In this document: positions 1 to 12,638 of the stretch, one piece after another
Numbering within the stretch: position 1 is the first letter of the stretch
Layout of the letters: every line of letters begins with the position of its first letter
Assembly (NCBI GenBank): GCA_951406725.2
Contig: OX597833.1
Span: 70,556,001 to 70,620,000 of the forward strand
DNA: 64,000 nucleotides
Reading direction: 5' to 3'
Source of the DNA: Octopus vulgaris
Lineage: Eukaryota
Notes under the pieces: model-generated
What the model was told of the DNA's origin: nothing
The model's input: only the letters and a program-made list of their open reading frames with translations
The model's database searches: none
Position numbers and translations under genes: made by a program

Positions 1-784
1 AGATTATTATTTTTATTATTATTATTCAGGTTACTGCCTGGAATTGAACTGTTTGCAAATATCTATTTAATGTTTTTCCCAGTAACTTCAGTCACTGATT
101 TCGTAAAACTGTCTGCAAGCAACAATAAATATCTGAACGAGATGTAAACAGTAACCGCTCGACAACATAAAGTATACTCAGCCACCTCAAGACAGTTGAG
201 ATGGCTACAGTTGCAGACAGTTTTTCGAAAACCGGTGATTGCCGTACATTGACAAGAGGCAAATACCTCGAAACTGCAGTCCGTGATTGTCACTTAGGTT
301 TACGAGAGAGGGATGACCTCCCTTCGCAAATACCATAAGAGCACAGAAAGTGATCCTAAAGCCAGCTGGAGACGATGATCTCCTGGGGCTACAAGCTACA
401 GTAACACCCACCCTTAGTGGTTAGCCATATTGAGATGGCTAGTATACTTTACGTTGTCGAGCGGTTACTGTTTACATCTCGTTCAGAGATTTATTATTGC
501 TATATATATATATATATATATATATATGAAGGACAATGATCCTGAAACACGTGTACCTAGATGCAGCTCCAGCGGCCGGGGGTGTTTGTCTCCCCTTCGT
601 AAATGTATATAAGGACACAGGGAAAAATGTGTCAAAGCCATCAGGAGGCGTCGATGCTTCCTAGGGCTATACAGCGGTGGTGTACCTCCCTACTGTCACG
701 TTCGTGTTAGATTGACAGTATACAACCATTCTATCGCCCCACCACCGTACATGTCTCTACAAGAGATTTAGAAATTTAGTATTT

Positions 785-833
<49 letters not shown>

Positions 834-1007
834 AGAGGGAAGTAAGAGAAAGAATTGGTTGCTGCTGCTGCCAATTCTTCATCACGTGAAGTATAGAGTT
901 CGTGTCATGAGAGAAGGTGATGGTAAGGATTGTAGTAATGATGATGGTTTTGGGAGTGGCGCTGTGGCTGTGGTGATGATGATGATGATGATGGTTTCAA
1001 TGCTTAC

Positions 1008-1066
1008 CTGGCAGGAAAACCAGGACACTTCCACAAATAGGCTGCTGTCCAGAATGAGGATCATTT
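1008..1066 (-). CDS. TDRD9: TDRD9 coding exon 9 (NDPHSGQQPICGSVLVFLPG); gene continues beyond window start
   Basis: Acceptor ttttag|, donor CCAG|GTAAGC, 59 nt. Motif IV (SVLVFLPG). Confidence 0.92.
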
Positions 1067-1398
1067 CTAAAAAAAAAACAAATTAAAATAGTTATTTAAC
1101 CCTTTTGCATTTAATCCAGCCATATCAGGGCCAAATATTCTATGTGTTCTGGGTTGAAACTGGCCAGATCCAGCCTCTCACACATACCCAACAATATCAT
1201 TCTAGAAATATATATTCACCTCACCAAAACTTTGAAGATATGAGATAACAATGTGAATAAATAAGCATTACATTTGACAGAGAAACCAGAATGCTAAAGG
1301 ATTAAGGTATTCGACCAAAGACTCTGTGTGTGTGTGTGTGTGTAAATTGAGAAAAAGGAGGCAGTCAGAATTTTGGATAATTCTTTATTAGCGCTTTC

Positions 1399-1492
1399 GT
1401 TTGTTTAACCAAACTCTTTAAGACAAAAATTAAAATCAAAATGATTTTTATTTGGTTTTAATTTTTGTTGTGAAGAGTTTGGTTAAACAAAC
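1399..1492. repeat. Short fold-back palindrome (42-bp arms) with decayed hammerhead-like motif
   Basis: 1399-1440 pairs with 1451-1492. The minus strand of 1381-1430 reads ...aaga-GTTTG-gttaaa-CAAAC-GAAA-GCGC-TA. Confidence 0.7.
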
Positions 1493-2116
1493 TAAGAGTA
1501 TATAGTGTAAACATTCAAGCAACATCACCATCTTCCTAAATCCTGTGGCATATCCTCATAATTTAACATTCGTTGTCCATGCTGGCATGGGTTGGACTGT
1601 TTGACTGGGCTGGCACGCTGGAAGGCTGCACCAGACTCCAGTCTGATTTGGTATGGTTTTCTATGGCTGATGTCCTTCCTAATGCCAACCACTCTGAGAG
1701 TGTAATTGGTGCTTTTACATGCCACCAGCATGGGTGATGTTGATCCATTTCTGATATGACATTACAATCAGTCACTCTGCACTTTTGAAAATTTGTAAAA
1801 TATAAAAATTCCTTCATTGAAATAAAAACAAAAAAACAGGTGAAAATTGGCAACAGGAAGCTCATCAATCTGTAAATTCCTGCTTCAAATAACTCCCTAT
1901 TTTTCTAGTACAGAAAAAGTAGCAAATTAATGAACTTGATGGTAACCATATTTCCCGGCATACAAGTGAACAGAGTATATAGTGTAAACATTCAAGCAAC
2001 ATCACCATCTTCCTAAATCCTGTGGCATTTCACATGGAATTTTTCATCTTCCAAAACCATTTTGGGATATAAGTCAACCTACCGTTTTTTGATTGTAAAT
2101 CTTGGTCTGAAAATTC

Positions 2117-2440
2117 AACATCATCATCATCGTTTAACGTCTGCTTTCCATGCTAGCATGGGTTGGACGGTTTGACTGGGGTTTGGGAAGCCAGGAGGCT
2201 GCACCAGACTCCAGTCTGATCTGGCAGTGTTTCTACAGCTGCATGCCCTTCCTAACACCAACCACTCAGTGAGTGTAGTGGGTGCTTTTTACGTGCCAGG
2301 GTAGGCTGGCAGCGACCAAGATCGGTTGGTGTTTTTTACGTGCCACCGGCACGGAGGCCAGTCGGGGCGGCGCTGGCAACGGCCACGTTCAGATGGTTCT
2401 CTTACATGCCACCGGCACTGGTATCACAACTAGTGCTGGT
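2117..2440 (-). mobile_element. Repeat family A (modular, (ATG)n-tailed SINE-like); ~30 copies in window
   Basis: Core gtggttggcgttaggaagggcatccagctgtagaaac...ccaacccatgctagcatggaaagcggacgttaaacgatgatg recurs in both orientations, e.g. 8665-8968, 10195-10548, 19628-20017, 34765-35010, 35647-35902, 36488-36762, 38288-38592, 53808-54132, 58788-59092, 62225-62435. Confidence 0.85.
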
Positions 2441-2637
2441 GGCACTTGTATATCGGAAAATATGGTACTATTTTTATCAACCCCATGAAGATGAAAGGCA
2501 AAAAAACAACATCAGATGGATTTCAACACAAGAACACAAAGTACTGTAACTAAATTCCACGTGCATTTAGCCAATGTTTGGCAAAATTGCTTATCCAAAG
2601 CGAAGATTCCCGAAATCGGGTTTTGACTGTAACTTAC

Positions 2638-2741
2638 CCTTGTTCCTTGTTTTCAAATGTGTCAAAGTGTTGAATTAAGTTGACAGCTAATTGCTGAGAC
2701 TCAGTGGTAATGTGTGGGTTGTCGGGATCAAGTTGTGATAT
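2638..2741 (-). CDS. TDRD9: TDRD9 coding exon 8 (ISQLDPDNPHITTESQQLAVNLIQHFDTFENKEQG); not in ORF track
   Basis: Acceptor ttcttag|, donor GG|GTAAGT, 104 nt, phase 2. AVNLIQHFD resembles the TDRD9 AVxLIQxFD segment. Confidence 0.9.
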
Positions 2742-3972
2742 CTAAGAAAAATAAATAAACTTATTAACAACACTTGGATATCAATACAGTCACAAACTCA
2801 TTAACAGAACATAACCATCATCATCATCTTCACATCATTTTTATCATTTTAGCATCAATCTGCCCCAAAGCAGCATAGAATTGGACAGGTTAGCAAATCA
2901 GAATACCTCCTTTTGTCTCATGTCTAGCACCAGACATTCTCAGATCTCCCCTCACACCTCCTTTCTTTAAGTTTCCTTTGATTTTCTTTAATTATGAATA
3001 TCATTAAGAAGGGCATCCAGCTGAAGAAACTCTGCCAGATCAAGATTGGAGCCTGGTGCAGCCATCTGGTTTGTCAGTCCTCAGTCAAATCGTCCAACCC
3101 ATGCCAGCATGGAAAGCGGGCGTTAAACGATGATGATGATGATTGAATTTGCAGCACCCAACTCCAGCTTGTATCACCATCATCAACAAGCTCAAGAACA
3201 ACAATGTTTACATTTCCCATTTAGACTAAGTTCCCCTTGCCTGCTTCTATAGGGGGCCACCACCCTTCCTAATGTCAACCACTCTATATCATGTGTTGAG
3301 TGCTTTTTTTTTTCAGGGCACCTGTGAAGTTGCCATGCAGCTTACAAGACTGAGTAGAGCAACTTTAAACTAAGAGATGAGGGGTTAAAGTATAAAAGAA
3401 GGGAGCATATCGGGGCCTTTTGCAGCAGAGGAATTACACGGCAACTCACATTATAGGAAAGAGAACAGGAGTAACCAGGGTTAGGGTTAACTAGGGTGGG
3501 GCTGGAGTAGAAGTGAATAATGTAGCACTGGATATATTAAAAAGACAGGAGAGTCAAAGCTGGACTGTTTTTCATCATAAGTCTGCTCAATCAGGCCCAA
3601 CTTGGATATATATTTCTTTACTGCCCACAAGGGGCTAAACATAGAGGGGACAAACAAGGACAGACAAAGGGATTAAGTCGATTACATCGACCCCAGTGTG
3701 TAACTGGTACTTTATTTATCGACCCCGAAAGGATGAAAGGCAAAGTCGACCTCGGCGGAATTTGAACTCGGAACGTAACGGCAGACGAAATACGGCTACG
3801 CATTTCGCCCGGCGTGCTAACGTTTCTGCCAGCTCACCACCCAACTTGGATATTAACAAAATCAAAATCATCATCATCATCCTATATTCGTAGGAATTAA
3901 GAAACCAAAAACAGATTAAAAGATTGTCAAGCATTTTATATCAAATGAAAAGATTGAAAAAAGAGTACTTAC

Positions 3973-4131
3973 AGTTCCCAATGGAACCAAATCCTCAACG
4001 TAGTATTCGGACACACTAAAGAAACTGCCATCAATTGTGATTATGGGGGCAGGGTCCAAGGTGTTGCGGACTGGAAGGGCAAAGTAATTGGCAAACATTT
4101 CTGAATCCAAAGTGGCAGACATCAGAATTAC
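3973..4131 (-). CDS. TDRD9: TDRD9 coding exon 7 (VILMSATLDSEMFANYFALP...EYYVEDLVPLGT)
   Basis: Acceptor ttgcag|, donor ACT|GTAAGT, 159 nt. Motif III (MSAT). Confidence 0.95.
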
Positions 4132-4189
4132 CTGCAATGTAAGGAGAAAAATTTGTGAGACTAAACTGCCCTCTTGAATAATAGACATA

Positions 4190-4750
4190 CAGCGTGATCA
4201 TTGCCAGGGCCGCTGACTGGCTCCCCCTTGCCGGTGACACCTAAAAAGCACCATTCGAGTGTGATTGCTGCCAGGGTCGCTGATTGGCTCCTGTGCCGGT
4301 GGCACCTAAAAAGCACCATTCGAGTGCGATTGCTGCCAGGGTCGCTGATTGGCTCCCATGCCGGTGGCACCTAAAAAGCACCATTCGAGTGTGATTGCTG
4401 CCAGGGTCGCTGATTGGCTCCCATGCCGGTGACACCTAAAAAGCACCATTCGAGTGTGATTGCTGCCAGGGTCGCTGATTGGCTCCCATGCCGGTGACAC
4501 CTAAAAAGCACCATTCGAGTGTGATTGCTGCCAGGGTCGCTGATTGGCTCCCCTTTGCCGGTGACACCTAAAAAGCACCATTCGAGTGTGATTGTTACAA
4601 GCATCACCTTAATGGCACGTGAAAAACAACATTCAAGCGTGGTTGTTACCAGTGCTGCCAGACTGGCTTCCATGCAGATGGCACATAAAAAACTCCCTTT
4701 GAGCATGGTCGTTGCCAGAACTGCCTGATTGGCCCTTGTGCCGGTGGCCC
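4190..4750 (+). repeat. 65-bp tandem array (~8 units) of family A 5' modules
   Basis: Unit aaaagcaccattcgagtgtgattgctgccagggtcgctgattggctcccatgccggtgacacct. ORF boundaries recur every 65 nt. Confidence 0.9.
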
Positions 4751-5442
4751 TACCTATTTCTTTACTACCCACAAGGGGCTAAACACAGAGAGGACAAACA
4801 AACGGATTAAGTCGATTGTATCAACCCCAGTGCGTAACTGGTACTTAGTTAATCGACCCCGAAAGGATGAAAGGTAAAGTCGACCTCGGGGGAATTTGAA
4901 CTCAGAACGTAACGACTGACGAAATACGGCTACGCATTTCGCCCGGCGTGCTAACGTTTCTGCCAGTTCGCCGCCTGACCAATGGGCATTTTTAGCAGAG
5001 TTCACTCTGCAGGAATTTAAGACAAGACCTCTTGTTACAAGAATTCAGACCAAGCCTCTGGCCTGAGAAAAATCTCCAGACCCTGACAATATGCCGCTTC
5101 CTACGACAGCAACCCAGAAACCATGTTTTCATCTTCTCTGTTATTCCCATCAGCTTGGCAGATCCTGTAAAAAAGGGGTCAGGGATGTTGCTCCTTCTCC
5201 TCCCGATCAAAACATAAAACAAATACAAATAAAAACAAAGTAACAACAAGGAATTTTGAAATATAATCCCCAACTATAGGCGCAGGAGTGGCTGTGTGGT
5301 AAGTAGCTTGCTTCCCAACCACATGGTTCCGGGTTCAGTCCCACTGCGTGGCATCTTGGGAAGTGTCTTCTGCTATAGCCCCGGGCCGACCAATGCCTTG
5401 TGAGTGGATTTGTTATTCAGAAACTGAAAGAAGCCTGTCGTA

Positions 5443-5482
<40 letters not shown>

Positions 5483-5692
5483 TGTATGTGCGTGTTTGTG
5501 TGTCTGTATTTGTCCCCTAGCATTGCTTGACAACCGATGCTGGTGTGTTTACGTCCCTGTAACTTAGCGGTTCGGCAAAAGAGACCGATAGAATAAGTAC
5601 TGGGCTTACAAAGAATAAGTCCCGGGGTGCTCCAGCATGGCTACAGTCAAATGACTGAAACAAGTAAAAGAAAGAAAGAACTGGATACTTAC

Positions 5693-5773
5693 TCGAATTC
5701 CTCTGGAAACGGAACGAAGGAATTTCCGCACAATGAGGATGCAGAAGTCTGTCTCTTGATCTCGTTCATGGAT
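5693..5773 (-). CDS. TDRD9: TDRD9 coding exon 6 (IHERDQETDFCILIVRKFLRSVSRGIR)
   Basis: Acceptor ccacag|, donor CGA|GTAAGT, 81 nt. Completes the DEIH box. Confidence 0.95.
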
Positions 5774-5812
5774 CTGTGGAGCAAAAAGATGACAACAACA
5801 ACAATAAGAACA

Positions 5813-7075
5813 CGGTGGTGATGGTGGATGGTGGTGGTGGTGGTGGTGATGTTGGCAGTGGTGGTGGTGGTGGTGGTGGTGGTGGTGGTGTTGGTGGTGG
5901 TGGTGGTGGTGATGTTGGCAGTGGTGGTGGTGGTGGTGGCGATGTTGGCAGTGGTGGTGGTGGTGGTGGTGATGTCGGTGGTGGTGGTGGTGGGTGGTGG
6001 TGTTGGCAGTGGTGGTGGTGGTGGTGGTGATGTCGGTGGTGGTGGTGGTGGTGGTGTTGGCAGTGGTGGTGGTGATGGTGATGTTGGCAGTGATGGTGTT
6101 GGTAGTGGTGATGGTGGTGGTGGTGGTGATGTTGGCGGTGATGGTGGTGGGTGGTGTTGGCAGTGGTGGTGGTGGTGGTGATGTCGGTGGTGGTGGTGGT
6201 GGGTGGTGGTGTTGGCAGTGGTGGTGGTGGTGGTGGTGATGTCGGTGGTGGTGGTGGTGGGTGGTGGTGTTGGCAGTGGTGGTGGTGATGGTGATGTTGG
6301 CAGTGATGGTGGTGGGTGGTGATGTTGGCAGTGGTGTTGGTGATGGTGGTGGTGGCGGTGATGGTGGTGGTGGTGGTGATGTTGGTGGTGGTGGTGGTGG
6401 TGATGTCGGTGGTGGTGGTGGTGGGTGGTGGTGTTGGCAGTGGTGGTGGTGATGGTGATGTTGGCAGTGATGGTGGTGGTGGTGGTGATGGTGGTGGTGG
6501 TGGTGATGTTGGCGGTGATGGTGGTGGGTGGTGATGTTGGCAGTGGTGTTGGTGATGGTGGTGGTGGCGGTGATGGTGGTGGTGGTGGTGATGTTGGTGG
6601 TGGTGGTGGTGGTGATGTCGGTGGTGGTGGTGGTGGGTGGTGGTGTTGGCAGTGGTGGTGGTGATGGTGATGTTGGCAGTGATGGTGTTGGTAGTGGTGA
6701 TGGTGGTGGTGGTGGTGATGTTGGCGGTGATGGTGGTGGGTGGTGATGTTGGCAGTGGTGTTGGTGATGGTGGTGGTGGCGGTGATGGTGGTGGTGGTGG
6801 TGATGTTGGTGGTGGTGGTGGTGGTGGTGATGTCGGTGGTGGTGGTGGTGGGTGGTGGTGTTGGCAGTGGTGGTGGTGATGGTGATGTTGGCAGTGATGG
6901 TGTTGGTGGTGGTGATGGTGGTGGTGGTGGTGATGTTGGCGGTGATGGTGGTGGGTGGTGATGTTGGCAGTGGTGTTGGTGATGGTGGTGGTGGCGGTGA
7001 TGGTGGTGGTGGTGGTGATGTTGGTGGTGGTGGTGGTGGTGGTGATGGTGGTGGTGGTGGGTGGTGGTGGTGATT
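5813..7075. repeat. (GGT)n-derived satellite with ~212-bp higher-order repeat
   Basis: Identical blocks recur at 6316/6528/6740/6955. Source of the long His/Pro/Thr ORFs. Confidence 0.95.
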
Positions 7076-7220
7076 TTGCTGCTGATGCTGATGATAATAA
7101 AGATGGTGGTGGTGGTGGCAGCAGCAACAATTATAGTGGTGATGATGATGATGATGATGATAGTAAGCACGTGTGTGTGTGTATGTGTGTGTGTGTGTGA
7201 GTGTGTCAAGCATTACAAAC

Positions 7221-7343
7221 CTCGTCAAGGATGACGTGTGTATAATCATTAACGTCCTTCTTGTTGATGAGTTTCTGCAGAAGGACTCCAGTGGTCATGT
7301 AGGTCAGCCGCGTGTTCGGAGAGACTTCTCGGTCCATTCCAAC
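7221..7343 (-). CDS. TDRD9: TDRD9 coding exon 5 (VGMDREVSPNTRLTYMTTGVLLQKLINKKDVNDYTHVILDE); not in ORF track
   Basis: Acceptor ttttag|, donor GAG|GTTTG, 123 nt. Motif Ib (TTGVLL) and the first half of motif II (DE). Confidence 0.95.
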
Positions 7344-8149
7344 CTAAAACGATTGATTAAAACATGATCAAAACCAAAAGGAAAAATACAATTAATTAAC
7401 AAACACCAAATTAAGTGCCTAAACATTTCAAGATGAGATGCTAATTACTCCGATAATTAACTTCATCTTCAGAGATGAAACAAATTATCCAGTTTCCACT
7501 TGCTAACCAGTCACCACTTTACTAAGAAGTGCACCAAATACACTCTGGAATTCTGATTGGTGAATGAGTGAATACAAGGCAGAGAGGGTTCTCGAGTTTT
7601 TGCTGGGGACAAGACAACCCCTTTAGTGCTGGTGCATAGTAAGATGCAGTCAGTACATCCAGGTGCAGTATATATATCATCATCATTTAACGCCGTTTTC
7701 TATGCTGGCATGGATTAGACAGTTCAACAGGAGCTGGCAAGGGCGGAGAGCTATGCCAGGCTCCAACTGTCTATTCTGGCATGGTTTCTATAGTTGGATG
7801 CCCTTCCTAATGCCAACCACTTTACAGAGTACATTTCATGTGACACCAGCACAGGTGCTTTTTACGTGACATAAGTACAGGTGCTTTTTGTGACACCAGC
7901 ACCAGTGAGGTCACTAATTAGCTAAAAAAAAGTTTCAGGTTTTAGTTAATGAGTGTTTACAGGTTGATGTATTGACAATGTTTTTCACATATTTACAATT
8001 CAAAATGCTAACTCTTAGCTTTCACCATAACCCTTAATTCTATACACCAGCCATTCTCAATGCTACAATTTGTTCATGTCTTCTTTGAACTGCCATATTT
8101 AATTAAGGGTAAACAATGAAACAGAAGAATATTAAAAAGTGTTCGGTAG

Positions 8150-8405
8150 TATTTGCAATTGTTATCTCAGACCGTGTGATGTGTGTACTTATGAGCGAAA
8201 CACCTAAGCTCCACGCGGCTCCGGCAGAACGTAATGGCAAGTTTCTACTGACACTTTTGCCACAACTTTCTCTCTCTTTATTCCTGCATCTTGCAGCTCG
8301 CCTGCAACGGACTGGCGTCCCGTCCAGGTGGGGAACCTATACGCCAAGGAAACCGGGAAACCGACCCTTATGAGCCAGGCATGGCTCGAGAAGGAACAAA
8401 CAAAC
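8150..8405 (+). mobile_element. SINE with V-domain-like motif
   Basis: cctgcaacggactggcgtcccgtccagg and (aaac)n tail. Its 5' part (acacctaagctccacgcggctccggcag) is shared with family E. Confidence 0.6.
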
Positions 8406-9162
8406 AGCAATCTGACCCATACAAGCATGGAAAAGTGGACATTAAAAGAATGCTGCTGTGTGAATATTGGCAAGGAAAGGCAGACGCCACATGTCAAACC
8501 AAAATTCATAAAAACATTGCAGTATTTATTTCATTACATTGCAATTTCGTCTCACAACGCTCATTCTGACTCGGCCATTCTAAGATCAAGAATAACAAGT
8601 ATATTCATTCATTAAAATGGCTTGGTGGTGGTGGTCATATAATGAAACCAGTGAAAGAATATAATCATCATCATCGTTTAACGTCTGTTTTCCATGCTAG
8701 CACAGGTTGGACGGTTCGACCGGGGATCTGGGAAGCCAGAAGGCTGCACCAGGCTCCAGTCTGATCTGGCAGTGTTTCTACAGCTGGATGCCCTTCCTAA
8801 CGCCAACCACTCCGCGAGTGTAGTGGGTGTTTTATTACGTGCCACCTGCACAGGTGCCAGGGAAGTCCGGCATCGGCCACGATCAGTTGGTGCTTTTAAC
8901 GTGCCACCGGCACGGAAGCCAGCCAAGTTTGGTTAAACACTGAGATCGGCATCGGCCACGTTCGGATGATATTTATTTATTAATTAATATACAGTATTTT
9001 GTCTCCATGGTCAGCATTTTAAAAAAGTGTGAGTAAATAAGTTTGCATATAGTTGAGAGGTTGAGTGTGAAAGATCTCTCTACTTTTTTAAATTGATTGT
9101 TAGGAAACAAAAATAAGGCGATGGGCTTTGATTATTAATAAATCGAAGGGTTCAAAATTCAC

Positions 9163-9384
9163 CTGATATCCACAAAATGTCCCTAACTTCCATCGTCTTT
9201 CTTGACAAATTCTTTTGGCAATGCTGATGGCAGCGATCCTTCTCGGTTGAGTGACAACAATGTTACAATACTGGTTCTTGGATGCATAATGGTCCAGAAT
9301 GAACTGAGGAACTTGTGTGGTTTTCCCAGAGCCGGTTGGACCCTGTATCACAGTCACCTGATTACTTTCAACAGTGTTTATAAT
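9163..9384 (-). CDS. TDRD9: TDRD9 coding exon 4 (Walker A GPTGSGKTTQ, motif Ia TQPRRIAA)
   Basis: Acceptor aaacag|, donor CAG|GTGAA, 222 nt. Canonical DEAH/RHA helicase motifs I and Ia. Confidence 0.96.
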
Positions 9385-10926
9385 CTGTTTTACCAAAAAA
9401 TTAAAAAAGAGAAAGAGAAAGAATGAGAGGAACGAAAAGAAAAGAAAAGGAAACTCTGGTGAAATGTCTAAACGTGTGAAAGAAAATGGTTGTCTCTCTT
9501 ACCTTTTCCCTGTTTTAATCATTGGATTGTGACCAGGCTGGAGCACCACCTTATAAGGTTTTTAGTCAAAACAAATTGAACCCAGTACTTTTGCTAGTTT
9601 CATTGGTCTCTTTAGCTGAACTGCCAAGTTATGGAGATGTAAACAAACCAACAGCAGTCATCAAGCAGTGAAGGCAGGGGGGTCAAACGCAAAGACACAC
9701 ACACACTCATACATATACAACGGGCTTCCACACAGTTTCCTATCAACCAAATCCATCCACAAGGCATTGGTTGATCCAAGGCTAAAGCAGAAGACTTATG
9801 CCCAAGGTGGCATGCAGTACGACTGAACCTGAAACCACAAGGTTGCAAAACTAGCTTCTCAACCACACTGCCATCCCGGCACCTATACAACATGCCTGTT
9901 GTTGTTGTTTAGATTTTAATGGCCTAGGAGTTGAGGTGTCGCACTCACAATGGTAAGATCACAGTTTCAATTCCCAGACTGAGCAGCACTTTTTTTTCCC
10001 CTTGAACAAAACACTTCATTCCACTTAAGTCCGTCTGAAGCCCAAGGACTCATAAGACTAGGATTTACCATGGTTTCCATGGTATTACAAGTGACTAAGA
10101 CTAGAACATCCTCCTCCTGAACAGGATGCTAGTCCATCACAGAGGTAACTTCCCATCTATTGCAGCAACACATTTTACAAGCACCACCATCGGAACATGG
10201 GTTGGACAGTTTGACCAGGGTCTGGGAAGCCAGATGGCTGCACCAGGCTCCAGTCTGATCTGGCAGTGTTTCTACAGCTTGATGCCCTTCCTAACACCAA
10301 CCACTCCGAGAGTGTAGTGGGGGCTTTTTACGTGCCGCCAGCACAGGTGCCAGGGGAGGCTGACAAAGGCCACGATCGGTTGGTGCTTTTTATGTGCCAC
10401 CGGCACGGAAGCCAGTCAAGGCGGCGCTGGCATTGGCCACGTACGGATGGTGCTTTTTACGTGCCAGGGGAGGCTGGCAAAGGCCATGATCGGTTGGTGC
10501 TTTTTATGTGCCACCGGCATGGAAGCCAGTCAAGGCGGCGCTGGTATCAACAAGCGTATGCATTTGCTTTATGAGATATGTAGATCAGAATCACTTAATT
10601 ACATAAAGAGGAGTCAGAGGTGTCGATAGTAGAGGAGTCAGAGTCAGAGTCTTTTGTTTTGACTCCAGAGTCCTGGGCAAAAGTGACCAACAGAATAAGT
10701 GCCAGGCTTTGAATAAAAAAAGTACTGGGGTCAATTCATTCAACTAAAAACTCTTGGAGGTGGTGCCCCAGCATGGCCACAGTCATATGACTGAAGCAAG
10801 TAAAAGACAAAAGAAAAAAGTCATCAAAACAAACAAATACTTGTCAAAAATAAAGAATGTTTATTTTTTAAAAAACATCAGCTTTGAATGAAAAGTTCAA
10901 AGAGAATGAGCGAAATGCAATGTTAC

Positions 10927-11109
10927 CTGACTCTTGTGTTCTTCAATCGGTAGAACTGTGGAAGAATGACTGAATGTGAATCCTTCGTAGACGTCTGTGT
11001 TCAGCCTTAAGTTTTCTTTGATGTTGCTGGAGATCTCTGCGAGGCCAGAGTCTTCCTCCAGCTGGTTCAAAGAAGCTTCGTTTGCGGAAACATTCACATC
11101 GCCACACAT
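10927..11109 (-). CDS. TDRD9: TDRD9 coding exon 3 (MCGDVNV...YEGFTFSHSSTVLPIEEHKSQ)
   Basis: Acceptor tttgtag|, donor CAG|GTAAC, 183 nt. Contains the LPI motif that precedes the DEAH/RHA helicase core. Confidence 0.9.
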
Positions 11110-11139
11110 CTACAAAGGGAAAACAGAAACACAAAGGCA

Positions 11140-11140
11140 T

Positions 11141-11183
<43 letters not shown>

Positions 11184-11249
11184 CAGCAGCAGCAACAGTA
11201 GTAGTAGTAGTAGCAGTAATAGTAGTAGTAGTAGTAGTAGTAGCAGTAA

Positions 11250-11288
<39 letters not shown>

Positions 11289-11300
11289 CAGCAGCAGCAG
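11140..11300. repeat. (GTA)n/(GCA)n microsatellite
   Basis: Direct reading. Confidence 0.95.
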
Positions 11301-12320
11301 ATTTATATGACTAGGGGCAGCAAATGAGAGAATATTTAACACTGAATATTTCATATTTCATAGAGTCTTTATATATGTTTATGTGTATGTGTGTGTGTGT
11401 ATATATATACCTATTTCTTTACTACCCACAAGGGGCTAAACATAGAGGGGACAAACAAGGACAGACAAAGGGATTAAGTCGATTACATCGACCCCAGTGC
11501 GTAACTGGTACTTAATTTATCGACCCCGAAAGGATGAAAGGCGAAGTCGACCTCGGCGGAATTTGAACTCAGAACGTAACTGCAGACGAAATACGGCTAC
11601 GCATTTCGCCCGGCGTGCTAACGTTTCTGCCAGCTCACCGGTTGCATGTCTATATACATCATCATCAACATCATCATCTTTTAATGCCCGTCTTTCATGC
11701 GGGCATGAGCTGGACAACTGGACAGGAGCTGGTAATCCAGAGGGCTGTGCCAAGCTCCACTGTCCAGCCCAGCACGGTCTTAACAGCTGGATGCTCTCCC
11801 TAGCACCAACCACTTTACACAGGCACACATGTAAGGGGCTTATGGTTGAGCTTTTTCATCATTTAACGTTTGCTTTCCATGCTGGCATGGGTTGGACGGT
11901 TTGACTGAAAACTGGCAAGCCAGAGGACTGCACCAGGTTCCAATCTGATTTGGCAAGGTTTCTACAGCTGGATGCCCTTCCTAAAGCCAACCCCTCCAAC
12001 AGCGTAGTGGGTGCCTTTTACGTGCCACCAGCACAGGTGCCAGTTATGCGACACCAGCATCGGCCATGGCTATGATCTCACTTGGTTTGACAGGTTTTCT
12101 CAAGCTTGGTATATCGCCAGAGGTCTCGGTCAAACCGTCCCACCCATGCCAGCATGGAAAGCGGATGTTAAACGACGACGATGATGATGATATGTTTATG
12201 ACTACTTTATTCAATGTCTCCTTTTAAGATTGTAGGCCGTGATTTGAAGGAGGTCTGACTACTATTTCTAACAGGTTAACCAACCGCATAGAGGCTCACT
12301 CACTGGCTTGAGTAAGTAAT

Positions 12321-12548
12321 TTAACTCTTTCGTTACTGTATTTATTTTGAGATGTTCTGTGTTTCTTTCAATTACTTTAAATATAACTAAGAATTTAGTA
12401 AAATAACTTAGTTATCATTAAGCTAGTGTCAGGAACATAAATTGTGACTAAGGTTTGGTTAAGATTTTAATTCAGAACTTATGAAAACAAGACATTTGTA
12501 CTTCGGAGCCAGAGGTGGTTTCAACCAGGTTAATATCAAAAAGGTTAA
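12321..12548. mobile_element. TTAA-flanked piggyBac-like MITE
   Basis: ttaactctttcgttac ... atcaaaaaggttaa ends. Related decayed copies near 36400-36900 and 61650-61870. Confidence 0.65.
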
Positions 12549-12638
12549 TTTGCAGATTTTGTTTCACATAGTTGTTTGACTTGTTAGAAATAGCAGCCAA
12601 CTCTTGTGCAAATTGAAGACACATTTGACTGACTGTCT

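Noticed and set aside
310-358. SECIS-like ATGA-N11-AAA...TGAT pattern
   Set aside because: Helix II pairs poorly and the homologous copy at 578-672 lacks ATGA.
4190-4750. CRISPR-like periodic array (also 13620-13817, 24922-25110, 44307-45079)
   Set aside because: Units are contiguous without unique spacers, there are no cas genes, and the context is eukaryotic.
5606-7249. 454-547 aa His/Pro/Thr-rich ORFs
   Set aside because: Translations of the GGT satellite in a TDRD9 intron. Only 5693-5773 and 7221-7343 are real exon sequence.
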